Positions 1 to 13,170 of a stretch of DNA of 64,000 nt are shown in pieces; within the stretch, counting starts at the first letter, position 1; each line of letters starts with the position of its first letter. Position numbers and translations under genes: made by a program. The stretch comes from the human T2T-CHM13v2.0 reference genome, Homo sapiens, in NCBI RefSeq assembly GCF_009914755.1, contig NC_060933.1; one strand, given 5' to 3'. Under the pieces are notes generated by a model. The model was not told the DNA's origin, searched no databases, and saw only the letters and a list, made by a program, of their open reading frames with translations.

Positions 1-3000
1 CCATACAAGGCTCACATCTCCTAGGTGACCAATACAGTGATATGTCACAAAAGTCCCTGAAGACAGAGCGTAGGAAAGAGTTACATCACCTGGTTTTTCA
101 GCGCAGATACTTGACACAATGCCCCCATAGACAGAACCTAGACAAGACTTCCATCACCTGGGTGATCAGTGCAGAGATATGTCACAAATCCCCCTGTAGG
201 CAGAGTATAGAGAAGAGTCCCATCACCTGGGTGATCAGTGCAGTGATATTTCACAAATCCCCTGTGGGCAGAGTGGTCAAGAGTTACATAACCTAGGTGG
301 TCTGTGCAGAGCTATGTCAAAATGCCCCTGTAGGCAGAGCCCAGATAAATGTTACATCACCTGGGAGATCAGTGCAGAGATACGTCACAATACCCCCTGT
401 AGGTGGAGCCTAGAGAAGAGTTAGATCACCTGGGTGATCAGTGCAGAGATACGTCACAATAACCCCTGTAGGTGGAGCCTAGACAAGAGTTACATCACCT
501 GAGTGATCAGTACAGAAATATGTCACAAAGCCGCTGTAGGCCAAGCCTAGACAAGGGTTACATCTCCTGGGTGATCAGTGCAGAAATATGTCAGAAATCC
601 CTGTAGGCCGACCCAAGACAAGAGTTACATCTCCTGGGTGATCAGTGCAAAGATATGTCACAAAGCCCCCTGCAGACATATCCCAGAAAATTGGTACATC
701 ACCTGGGCGATCAGTGGAGATATCTGTCACAATCCCCTTTAGGCGCAGCTTAGAGAAGCGTTACATCAGATGACTGATCAGTGCAGAGATATGTCGCTGT
801 GCCCCCATAGGCAGATCCAAGACAGGAGTCCATCACCTGGCTGATCAGTGCAGAAATATGTCACAATGCCGCCAGTAGGCAGATAAAGACAAGTATTACA
901 TCACCTGTGTGATCACTTCAGAGATATGTCAAAATGCCCCTGTAGGCATAGCCTAGACAAGAGTCTCATCACCTGGGTGATCAGTGCAGAGTTATGTCAC
1001 AATGCCTCCCTTTGGCAGAGCCTAGACAAAGGTTACATCACCTGGGTGATTGGGGCAGTGACATGTCACAATGCCACCTGTAAGCAGATCCCAGACACTA
1101 GTGGCATAACCTCGGTGATCAGTGCAGAGATATGTCTCAAAACACCCTGTCGGGGAAGCCTATACAAGAGTTACATAATATCGGTGATCGGTGCAGTGAT
1201 ATGTTAACATGCCCCTGAAGGCAGAGCCTAGACAAGAGTTACATCACCTGGGTGATCCGTGCAGAGATATCTCACAATAACCCTGTAAGCAGAGCCAAGA
1301 CAACAGTTACATCACCAGCGAGATAAGTGCAGAGATATGTCATAAATCTCAAAGAAGGCAAAGCCTAGACAAGTTTTACATCACCTCAGCGAGCAGTGCA
1401 GCGATATTTCCCAATGTCCCTCTAGGCAGAGCTTAGACAAGAGTCACATGTCCTGGGTGATCAGTGCAGAGATAAGTAACAATGCCTCCATAGGAAGAGC
1501 CTAGACAAGAGTTACCTAACCCAGGTGATCCGAACAGAGTGATGTCACAACGCCCTCTGTAGGCACAGACTAGAAAACCGTTACATCACCTGGGTGATCA
1601 TCGCAGAGATATGTCACAATGCCCCCTGTAGGCAGAGCATAGACAAGAGTTGCACCACCTGGGTAATCAGTGCAGAGATATGTCACAATTTGCCCTGTAG
1701 TCAGAGCATAGAGAAACGTTGCATCACCTGGGTGATCAGTGCAGAGATATGTCACAATGTCCCCTGTAGGCAAAGGCTAGGCCGAGGGTTACATCGCGTT
1801 TGTCATCAGTGCAGGGATATGTGAAAACGACCCTGGAGGCAGGGCTTAGGCGACTGTTATATCCCCTAATGATCGGTGCAGAGATATTTCACAATACTCC
1901 TGTAGGCAGATCCTAGTCAAGAGTTGAATCACCTGGGTGGTCAGTGCAGAGATATGTCACAAAGCTCCTGTAGGCAGAACTTAGATGAGTTACATCACTT
2001 GGGTGATCAGGGCAAAGCTATGTCACACAGCCCACTGTATGCAAAGCCTAGACAATATTTACATCACTTACTTGGGTGATCAGTGGCGAGATCTCTTACA
2101 ATTCCCCTGTAGGCAGAGCTTATACAACAGTTTCATCACCTGAGTGATCAGTGCAGAGGTATGTCACAATGCCCCCATAGGCAGATCCAAGACAAGAGTC
2201 CGTCACCTGGGTGATCAGAGTAGAGATATGTGAGAATTCCCGTGTAGGCAGAGCCTCGACAAGTTTTACATAACCTAGGTTATCAGTGCCACTATAAATC
2301 ATAAAGAATCCTGTAGGCAGAGCATAGACAAGAGTACCCTCCCCAGAGTGATCAGTGCAGAGATGTGTCACAAAGCCCATGCAGGCAGAGCCTTGACAAG
2401 AGTTTCATCACTTGGTGGATCAGTTCACAGATGTGTCAAAATGTCCATGTAGGCAGGTCTAAGACAAGAGTCCATCACCCGGGTGATCAGTGAAGGGATA
2501 TGTACTAATGTCCCCTGCAGTCAGTGCCTAGACAAGAGTTGCCTCACCTCAGAGATCAGTGCAGAGATATGTCACAAAGCCTCCTGTAGGCAAAGCCCAT
2601 ACAAGGCTCACATCTCCTAGGTGACCAATACAGTGATATGTCACAAAAGTCCCTGAAGACAGAGCGTAGGAAAGAGTTACATCACCTGGTTTTTCAGCGC
2701 AGATACTTGACACAATGCCCCCATAGACAGAACCTAGACAAGACTTCCATCACCTGGGTGATCAGTGCAGAGATATGTCACAAATCCCCCTGTAGGCAGA
2801 GTATAGAGAAGAGTCCCATCACCTGGGTGATCAGTGCAGTGATATTTCACAAATCCCCTGTGGGCAGAGTGGTCAAGAGTTACATAACCTAGGTGGTCTG
2901 TGCAGAGCTATGTCAAAATGCCCCTGTAGGCAGAGCCCAGATAAATGTTACATCACCTGGGAGATCAGTGCAGAGATACGTCACAATACCCCCTGTAGGT

Positions 3001-6000
3001 GGAGCCTAGAGAAGAGTTAGATCACCTGGGTGATCAGTGCAGAGATACGTCACAATAACCCCTGTAGGTGGAGCCTAGACAAGAGTTACATCACCTGAGT
3101 GATCAGTACAGAAATATGTCACAAAGCCGCTGTAGGCCAAGCCTAGACAAGGGTTACATCTCCTGGGTGATCAGTGCAGAAATATGTCAGAAATCCCTGT
3201 AGGCCGACCCAAGACAAGAGTTACATCTCCTGGGTGATCAGTGCAAAGATATGTCACAAAGCCCCCTGCAGACATATCCCAGAAAATTGGTACATCACCT
3301 GGGCGATCAGTGGAGATATCTGTCACAATCCCCTTTAGGCGCAGCTTAGAGAAGCGTTACATCAGATGACTGATCAGTGCAGAGATATGTCGCTGTGCCC
3401 CCATAGGCAGATCCAAGACAGGAGTCCATCACCTGGCTGATCAGTGCAGAAATATGTCACAATGCCGCCAGTAGGCAGATAAAGACAAGTATTACATCAC
3501 CTGTGTGATCACTTCAGAGATATGTCAAAATGCCCCTGTAGGCATAGCCTAGACAAGAGTCTCATCACCTGGGTGATCAGTGCAGAGTTATGTCACAATG
3601 CCTCCCTTTGGCAGAGCCTAGACAAAGGTTACATCACCTGGGTGATTGGGGCAGTGACATGTCACAATGCCACCTGTAAGCAGATCCCAGACACTAGTGG
3701 CATAACCTCGGTGATCAGTGCAGAGATATGTCTCAAAACACCCTGTCGGGGAAGCCTATACAAGAGTTACATAATATCGGTGATCGGTGCAGTGATATGT
3801 TAACATGCCCCTGAAGGCAGAGCCTAGACAAGAGTTACATCACCTGGGTGATCCGTGCAGAGATATCTCACAATAACCCTGTAAGCAGAGCCAAGACAAC
3901 AGTTACATCACCAGCGAGATAAGTGCAGAGATATGTCATAAATCTCAAAGAAGGCAAAGCCTAGACAAGTTTTACATCACCTCAGCGAGCAGTGCAGCGA
4001 TATTTCCCAATGTCCCTCTAGGCAGAGCTTAGACAAGAGTCACATGTCCTGGGTGATCAGTGCAGAGATAAGTAACAATGCCTCCATAGGAAGAGCCTAG
4101 ACAAGAGTTACCTAACCCAGGTGATCCGAACAGAGTGATGTCACAACGCCCTCTGTAGGCACAGACTAGAAAACCGTTACATCACCTGGGTGATCATCGC
4201 AGAGATATGTCACAATGCCCCCTGTAGGCAGAGCATAGACAAGAGTTGCACCACCTGGGTAATCAGTGCAGAGATATGTCACAATTTGCCCTGTAGTCAG
4301 AGCATAGAGAAACGTTGCATCACCTGGGTGATCAGTGCAGAGATATGTCACAATGTCCCCTGTAGGCAAAGGCTAGGCCGAGGGTTACATCGCGTTTGTC
4401 ATCAGTGCAGGGATATGTGAAAACGACCCTGGAGGCAGGGCTTAGGCGACTGTTATATCCCCTAATGATCGGTGCAGAGATATTTCACAATACTCCTGTA
4501 GGCAGATCCTAGTCAAGAGTTGAATCACCTGGGTGGTCAGTGCAGAGATATGTCACAAAGCTCCTGTAGGCAGAACTTAGATGAGTTACATCACTTGGGT
4601 GATCAGGGCAAAGCTATGTCACACAGCCCACTGTATGCAAAGCCTAGACAATATTTACATCACTTACTTGGGTGATCAGTGGCGAGATCTCTTACAATTC
4701 CCCTGTAGGCAGAGCTTATACAACAGTTTCATCACCTGAGTGATCAGTGCAGAGGTATGTCACAATGCCCCCATAGGCAGATCCAAGACAAGAGTCCGTC
4801 ACCTGGGTGATCAGAGTAGAGATATGTGAGAATTCCCGTGTAGGCAGAGCCTCGACAAGTTTTACATAACCTAGGTTATCAGTGCCACTATAAATCATAA
4901 AGAATCCTGTAGGCAGAGCATAGACAAGAGTACCCTCCCCAGAGTGATCAGTGCAGAGATGTGTCACAAAGCCCATGCAGGCAGAGCCTTGACAAGAGTT
5001 TCATCACTTGGTGGATCAGTTCACAGATGTGTCAAAATGTCCATGTAGGCAGGTCTAAGACAAGAGTCCATCACCCGGGTGATCAGTGAAGGGATATGTA
5101 CTAATGTCCCCTGCAGTCAGTGCCTAGACAAGAGTTGCCTCACCTCAGAGATCAGTGCAGAGATATGTCACAAAGCCTCCTGTAGGCAAAGCCCATACAA
5201 GGCTCACATCTCCTAGGTGACCAATACAGTGATATGTCACAAAAGTCCCTGAAGACAGAGCGTAGGAAAGAGTTACATCACCTGGTTTTTCAGCGCAGAT
5301 ACTTGACACAATGCCCCCATAGACAGAACCTAGACAAGACTTCCATCACCTGGGTGATCAGTGCAGAGATATGTCACAAATCCCCCTGTAGGCAGAGTAT
5401 AGAGAAGAGTCCCATCACCTGGGTGATCAGTGCAGTGATATTTCACAAATCCCCTGTGGGCAGAGTGGTCAAGAGTTACATAACCTAGGTGGTCTGTGCA
5501 GAGCTATGTCAAAATGCCCCTGTAGGCAGAGCCCAGATAAATGTTACATCACCTGGGAGATCAGTGCAGAGATACGTCACAATACCCCCTGTAGGTGGAG
5601 CCTAGAGAAGAGTTAGATCACCTGGGTGATCAGTGCAGAGATACGTCACAATAACCCCTGTAGGTGGAGCCTAGACAAGAGTTACATCACCTGAGTGATC
5701 AGTACAGAAATATGTCACAAAGCCGCTGTAGGCCAAGCCTAGACAAGGGTTACATCTCCTGGGTGATCAGTGCAGAAATATGTCAGAAATCCCTGTAGGC
5801 CGACCCAAGACAAGAGTTACATCTCCTGGGTGATCAGTGCAAAGATATGTCACAAAGCCCCCTGCAGACATATCCCAGAAAATTGGTACATCACCTGGGC
5901 GATCAGTGGAGATATCTGTCACAATCCCCTTTAGGCGCAGCTTAGAGAAGCGTTACATCAGATGACTGATCAGTGCAGAGATATGTCGCTGTGCCCCCAT

Positions 6001-9000
6001 AGGCAGATCCAAGACAGGAGTCCATCACCTGGCTGATCAGTGCAGAAATATGTCACAATGCCGCCAGTAGGCAGATAAAGACAAGTATTACATCACCTGT
6101 GTGATCACTTCAGAGATATGTCAAAATGCCCCTGTAGGCATAGCCTAGACAAGAGTCTCATCACCTGGGTGATCAGTGCAGAGTTATGTCACAATGCCTC
6201 CCTTTGGCAGAGCCTAGACAAAGGTTACATCACCTGGGTGATTGGGGCAGTGACATGTCACAATGCCACCTGTAAGCAGATCCCAGACACTAGTGGCATA
6301 ACCTCGGTGATCAGTGCAGAGATATGTCTCAAAACACCCTGTCGGGGAAGCCTATACAAGAGTTACATAATATCGGTGATCGGTGCAGTGATATGTTAAC
6401 ATGCCCCTGAAGGCAGAGCCTAGACAAGAGTTACATCACCTGGGTGATCCGTGCAGAGATATCTCACAATAACCCTGTAAGCAGAGCCAAGACAACAGTT
6501 ACATCACCAGCGAGATAAGTGCAGAGATATGTCATAAATCTCAAAGAAGGCAAAGCCTAGACAAGTTTTACATCACCTCAGCGAGCAGTGCAGCGATATT
6601 TCCCAATGTCCCTCTAGGCAGAGCTTAGACAAGAGTCACATGTCCTGGGTGATCAGTGCAGAGATAAGTAACAATGCCTCCATAGGAAGAGCCTAGACAA
6701 GAGTTACCTAACCCAGGTGATCCGAACAGAGTGATGTCACAACGCCCTCTGTAGGCACAGACTAGAAAACCGTTACATCACCTGGGTGATCATCGCAGAG
6801 ATATGTCACAATGCCCCCTGTAGGCAGAGCATAGACAAGAGTTGCACCACCTGGGTAATCAGTGCAGAGATATGTCACAATTTGCCCTGTAGTCAGAGCA
6901 TAGAGAAACGTTGCATCACCTGGGTGATCAGTGCAGAGATATGTCACAATGTCCCCTGTAGGCAAAGGCTAGGCCGAGGGTTACATCGCGTTTGTCATCA
7001 GTGCAGGGATATGTGAAAACGACCCTGGAGGCAGGGCTTAGGCGACTGTTATATCCCCTAATGATCGGTGCAGAGATATTTCACAATACTCCTGTAGGCA
7101 GATCCTAGTCAAGAGTTGAATCACCTGGGTGGTCAGTGCAGAGATATGTCACAAAGCTCCTGTAGGCAGAACTTAGATGAGTTACATCACTTGGGTGATC
7201 AGGGCAAAGCTATGTCACACAGCCCACTGTATGCAAAGCCTAGACAATATTTACATCACTTACTTGGGTGATCAGTGGCGAGATCTCTTACAATTCCCCT
7301 GTAGGCAGAGCTTATACAACAGTTTCATCACCTGAGTGATCAGTGCAGAGGTATGTCACAATGCCCCCATAGGCAGATCCAAGACAAGAGTCCGTCACCT
7401 GGGTGATCAGAGTAGAGATATGTGAGAATTCCCGTGTAGGCAGAGCCTCGACAAGTTTTACATAACCTAGGTTATCAGTGCCACTATAAATCATAAAGAA
7501 TCCTGTAGGCAGAGCATAGACAAGAGTACCCTCCCCAGAGTGATCAGTGCAGAGATGTGTCACAAAGCCCATGCAGGCAGAGCCTTGACAAGAGTTTCAT
7601 CACTTGGTGGATCAGTTCACAGATGTGTCAAAATGTCCATGTAGGCAGGTCTAAGACAAGAGTCCATCACCCGGGTGATCAGTGAAGGGATATGTACTAA
7701 TGTCCCCTGCAGTCAGTGCCTAGACAAGAGTTGCCTCACCTCAGAGATCAGTGCAGAGATATGTCACAAAGCCTCCTGTAGGCAAAGCCCATACAAGGCT
7801 CACATCTCCTAGGTGACCAATACAGTGATATGTCACAAAAGTCCCTGAAGACAGAGCGTAGGAAAGAGTTACATCACCTGGTTTTTCAGCGCAGATACTT
7901 GACACAATGCCCCCATAGACAGAACCTAGACAAGACTTCCATCACCTGGGTGATCAGTGCAGAGATATGTCACAAATCCCCCTGTAGGCAGAGTATAGAG
8001 AAGAGTCCCATCACCTGGGTGATCAGTGCAGTGATATTTCACAAATCCCCTGTGGGCAGAGTGGTCAAGAGTTACATAACCTAGGTGGTCTGTGCAGAGC
8101 TATGTCAAAATGCCCCTGTAGGCAGAGCCCAGATAAATGTTACATCACCTGGGAGATCAGTGCAGAGATACGTCACAATACCCCCTGTAGGTGGAGCCTA
8201 GAGAAGAGTTAGATCACCTGGGTGATCAGTGCAGAGATACGTCACAATAACCCCTGTAGGTGGAGCCTAGACAAGAGTTACATCACCTGAGTGATCAGTA
8301 CAGAAATATGTCACAAAGCCGCTGTAGGCCAAGCCTAGACAAGGGTTACATCTCCTGGGTGATCAGTGCAGAAATATGTCAGAAATCCCTGTAGGCCGAC
8401 CCAAGACAAGAGTTACATCTCCTGGGTGATCAGTGCAAAGATATGTCACAAAGCCCCCTGCAGACATATCCCAGAAAATTGGTACATCACCTGGGCGATC
8501 AGTGGAGATATCTGTCACAATCCCCTTTAGGCGCAGCTTAGAGAAGCGTTACATCAGATGACTGATCAGTGCAGAGATATGTCGCTGTGCCCCCATAGGC
8601 AGATCCAAGACAGGAGTCCATCACCTGGCTGATCAGTGCAGAAATATGTCACAATGCCGCCAGTAGGCAGATAAAGACAAGTATTACATCACCTGTGTGA
8701 TCACTTCAGAGATATGTCAAAATGCCCCTGTAGGCATAGCCTAGACAAGAGTCTCATCACCTGGGTGATCAGTGCAGAGTTATGTCACAATGCCTCCCTT
8801 TGGCAGAGCCTAGACAAAGGTTACATCACCTGGGTGATTGGGGCAGTGACATGTCACAATGCCACCTGTAAGCAGATCCCAGACACTAGTGGCATAACCT
8901 CGGTGATCAGTGCAGAGATATGTCTCAAAACACCCTGTCGGGGAAGCCTATACAAGAGTTACATAATATCGGTGATCGGTGCAGTGATATGTTAACATGC

Positions 9001-10384
9001 CCCTGAAGGCAGAGCCTAGACAAGAGTTACATCACCTGGGTGATCCGTGCAGAGATATCTCACAATAACCCTGTAAGCAGAGCCAAGACAACAGTTACAT
9101 CACCAGCGAGATAAGTGCAGAGATATGTCATAAATCTCAAAGAAGGCAAAGCCTAGACAAGTTTTACATCACCTCAGCGAGCAGTGCAGCGATATTTCCC
9201 AATGTCCCTCTAGGCAGAGCTTAGACAAGAGTCACATGTCCTGGGTGATCAGTGCAGAGATAAGTAACAATGCCTCCATAGGAAGAGCCTAGACAAGAGT
9301 TACCTAACCCAGGTGATCCGAACAGAGTGATGTCACAACGCCCTCTGTAGGCACAGACTAGAAAACCGTTACATCACCTGGGTGATCATCGCAGAGATAT
9401 GTCACAATGCCCCCTGTAGGCAGAGCATAGACAAGAGTTGCACCACCTGGGTAATCAGTGCAGAGATATGTCACAATTTGCCCTGTAGTCAGAGCATAGA
9501 GAAACGTTGCATCACCTGGGTGATCAGTGCAGAGATATGTCACAATGTCCCCTGTAGGCAAAGGCTAGGCCGAGGGTTACATCGCGTTTGTCATCAGTGC
9601 AGGGATATGTGAAAACGACCCTGGAGGCAGGGCTTAGGCGACTGTTATATCCCCTAATGATCGGTGCAGAGATATTTCACAATACTCCTGTAGGCAGATC
9701 CTAGTCAAGAGTTGAATCACCTGGGTGGTCAGTGCAGAGATATGTCACAAAGCTCCTGTAGGCAGAACTTAGATGAGTTACATCACTTGGGTGATCAGGG
9801 CAAAGCTATGTCACACAGCCCACTGTATGCAAAGCCTAGACAATATTTACATCACTTACTTGGGTGATCAGTGGCGAGATCTCTTACAATTCCCCTGTAG
9901 GCAGAGCTTATACAACAGTTTCATCACCTGAGTGATCAGTGCAGAGGTATGTCACAATGCCCCCATAGGCAGATCCAAGACAAGAGTCCGTCACCTGGGT
10001 GATCAGAGTAGAGATATGTGAGAATTCCCGTGTAGGCAGAGCCTCGACAAGTTTTACATAACCTAGGTTATCAGTGCCACTATAAATCATAAAGAATCCT
10101 GTAGGCAGAGCATAGACAAGAGTACCCTCCCCAGAGTGATCAGTGCAGAGATGTGTCACAAAGCCCATGCAGGCAGAGCCTTGACAAGAGTTTCATCACT
10201 TGGTGGATCAGTTCACAGATGTGTCAAAATGTCCATGTAGGCAGGTCTAAGACAAGAGTCCATCACCCGGGTGATCAGTGAAGGGATATGTACTAATGTC
10301 CCCTGCAGTCAGTGCCTAGACAAGAGTTGCCTCACCTCAGAGATCAGTGCAGAGATATGTCACAAAGCCTCCTGTAGGCAAAGC
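1..10384. repeat. Four apparently identical copies of a 2596-bp, 38-monomer beta-satellite HOR (1-2596, 2597-5192, 5193-7788, 7789-10384; phase set by the window start)
   Basis: The start string CCATACAAGGCTCACATCTCC recurs at 1, 2597, 5193, 7789, 10385 and 12981. ORF-track entries recur at exactly +2596 with identical translations (42/2638/5234/7830/10426; 926/3522/6118/8714). I counted 38 GATCAGTGCAGAG-type cores per unit, and saw one EcoRI site (2234) and one SmaI site (2478) per unit. Confidence 0.95.
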
Positions 10385-13170
10385 CCATACAAGGCTCACA
10401 TCTCCTAGGTGACCAATACAGTGATATGTCACAAAAGTCCCTGAAGACAGAGCGTAGGAAAGAGTTACATCACCTGGTTTTTCAGCGCAGATACTTGACA
10501 CAATGCCCCCATAGACAGAACCTAGACAAGACTTCCATCACCTGGGTGATCAGTGCAGAGATATGTCACAAATCCCCCTGTAGGCAGAGTATAGAGAAGA
10601 GTCCCATCACCTGGGTGATCAGTGCAGTGATATTTCACAAATCCCCTGTGGGCAGAGTGGTCAAGAGTTACATAACCTAGGTGGTCTGTGCAGAGCTATG
10701 TCAAAATGCCCCTGTAGGCAGAGCCCAGATAAATGTTACATCACCTGGGAGATCAGTGCAGAGATACGTCACAATACCCCCTGTAGGTGGAGCCTAGAGA
10801 AGAGTTAGATCACCTGGGTGATCAGTGCAGAGATACGTCACAATAACCCCTGTAGGTGGAGCCTAGACAAGAGTTACATCACCTGAGTGATCAGTACAGA
10901 AATATGTCACAAAGCCGCTGTAGGCCAAGCCTAGACAAGGGTTACATCTCCTGGGTGATCAGTGCAGAAATATGTCAGAAATCCCTGTAGGCCGACCCAA
11001 GACAAGAGTTACATCTCCTGGGTGATCAGTGCAAAGATATGTCACAAAGCCCCCTGCAGACATATCCCAGAAAATTGGTACATCACCTGGGCGATCAGTG
11101 GAGATATCTGTCACAATCCCCTTTAGGCGCAGCTTAGACAAGCGTTACATCAGATGACTGATCAGTGCAGAGATATGTCGCTGTGCCCCCATAGGCAGAT
11201 CCAAGACAGGACTCCATCACCTGGCTGATCAGTGCAGAAATATGTCACAATGCCGCCAGTAGGCAGATATAGACAAGTATTACATCACCTGTGTGATCAC
11301 TTCAGAGATATGTCAAAATGCCCCTGTAGGCAGAGCCTAGACAAGAGTCTCATCAGCTGGGTGATCAGTGCAGAGTTATGTCACAATGCCTCCCTTTGGC
11401 AGAGCCTAGACAAAGGTTACATCACCTGTGTGATTGGGGCAGTGAGATGTCACAATGCCACCTGTAAGCAGATCCCAGACACTAGTGGCATAACCTCGGT
11501 GATCAGTGCAGAGATATGTCTCAAAACACCCTGTCGGGGAAGCCTATACAAGAGTTACATAATATCGGTGATCGGTGCAGTGATATGTTAACATGCCCCT
11601 GAAGGCAGAGCCTAGGCAAGAGTTACATCACCTGGGTGATCCGTGCAGAGATATCTCACAATAACCCTGTTAGCAGAGCCAAGACAACAGTTACATCACC
11701 TGCGAGATAAGTGCAGAGATATGTCATAAATCTCAAAGAAGGCAAAGCCTAGACAAGTTTTACATCACCTCAGCGAGCAGTGCTGCGATATTTCCCAATG
11801 TCCCTCTAGGCAGAGCTTAGACAAGAGTCACATGTCCTGGGTGATCAGTGCAGAGATAAGTAACAATGCCTCCATAGGAAGAGCCTAGACAAGAGTTACC
11901 TAACCCAGGTGATCCGAACAGAGTGATATCACAACGCCCTCTGTAGGCACAGACTAGAAAACCGTTACATCACCTGGGTGATCATCGCAGAGGTATGTCA
12001 CAAAGCCCCCTGTAGGCAGAGCATAGAGAAGAGTTGCACCACCTGGGTAATCAGTGCAGAGATATGTCACAATTTGCCCTGTAGTCAGAGCATAGAGAAA
12101 CGTTGCATCACCTGGGTGATCAGTGCAGAGATATGTCACAATGTCCCCTGTAGGCAAAGGCTAGGCCGAGGGTTACATCGCGTTTGTCATCAGTTCAGGG
12201 ATATGTGAAAACGACCCTGGAGGCAGGGCTTAGGCAACTGTTATATCCCCTAATGATCGGTGCAGAGATATTTCACAATACTCCTGTAGGCAGATCCTAG
12301 TCAAGAGTTGAATCACCTGGGTGGTCAGTGCAGAGATATGTCACAAAGCTCCTGTAGGCAGAACTTAGATGAGTTACATCACTTGGGTGATCAGGGCAAA
12401 GCTATGTCACACAGCCCACTATATGCAAAGCCTAGACAATATTTACATCACTTACTTGGGTGATCAGTGGCGAGATCTCTTACAATTCCCCTGTAGGCAG
12501 AGCTTATACAACAGTTTCATCACCTGAGTGATCAGTGCAGAGGTATGTCACAATGCCCCCATAGGCAGATCCAAGACAAGGGTCCGTCACCTGGGTGATC
12601 AGAGCAGAGATATGTGAGAATTCCCGTGTAGGCAGAGCCTCGAGAAGTGTTACATAACCTAGGTTATCAGTGCCACTATAAATCATAAAGAATCCTGTAG
12701 GCAGAGCATAGACAAGAGTACCCTCCCCAGAGTGATCAGTGCAGAGATGTGTCACAAAGCCCATGTAGGCAGAGCCTTGACAAGAGTTTCATCACTTGGT
12801 GGATCAGTTCACAGATGTGTCAAAATGTCCATGTAGGCAGGTGTAAGACAAGAGTGCATCACCCGGGTGATCAGTGAAGGGATATGTACTAATGTCCCCT
12901 GCAGTCAGTGCCTAGACAAGAGTTGCCTCACCTCAGAGATCAGTGCAGAGATATGTCACAAAGCCTCCTGTAGACAAAGCCCATACAAGGCTCACATCTC
13001 CTAGGTGACCAATACAGTGATATGTCACAAAAGTCCCTGAAGACAGAGCCTAGGAAAGAGTTACATCACCTGGTTTTTCAGCGCAGATACTTGACACAAT
13101 GCCCCCATAGACAGAACCTAGACAAGACTTCCATCACCTGGGTGATCAGTGCAGAGATATGTCACAAATC
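10385..13170. repeat. Fifth HOR copy plus the start of a sixth; mosaic of the major HOR type (to about 11138) and a variant type (from 11139)
   Basis: The register is still 2596 bp. The first substitution I see is G>C at 11139, followed by about 27 substitutions up to 13050. ORF translations at 11232, 11954, 11978, 12504 and 13022 differ from those in earlier copies. Confidence 0.9.
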
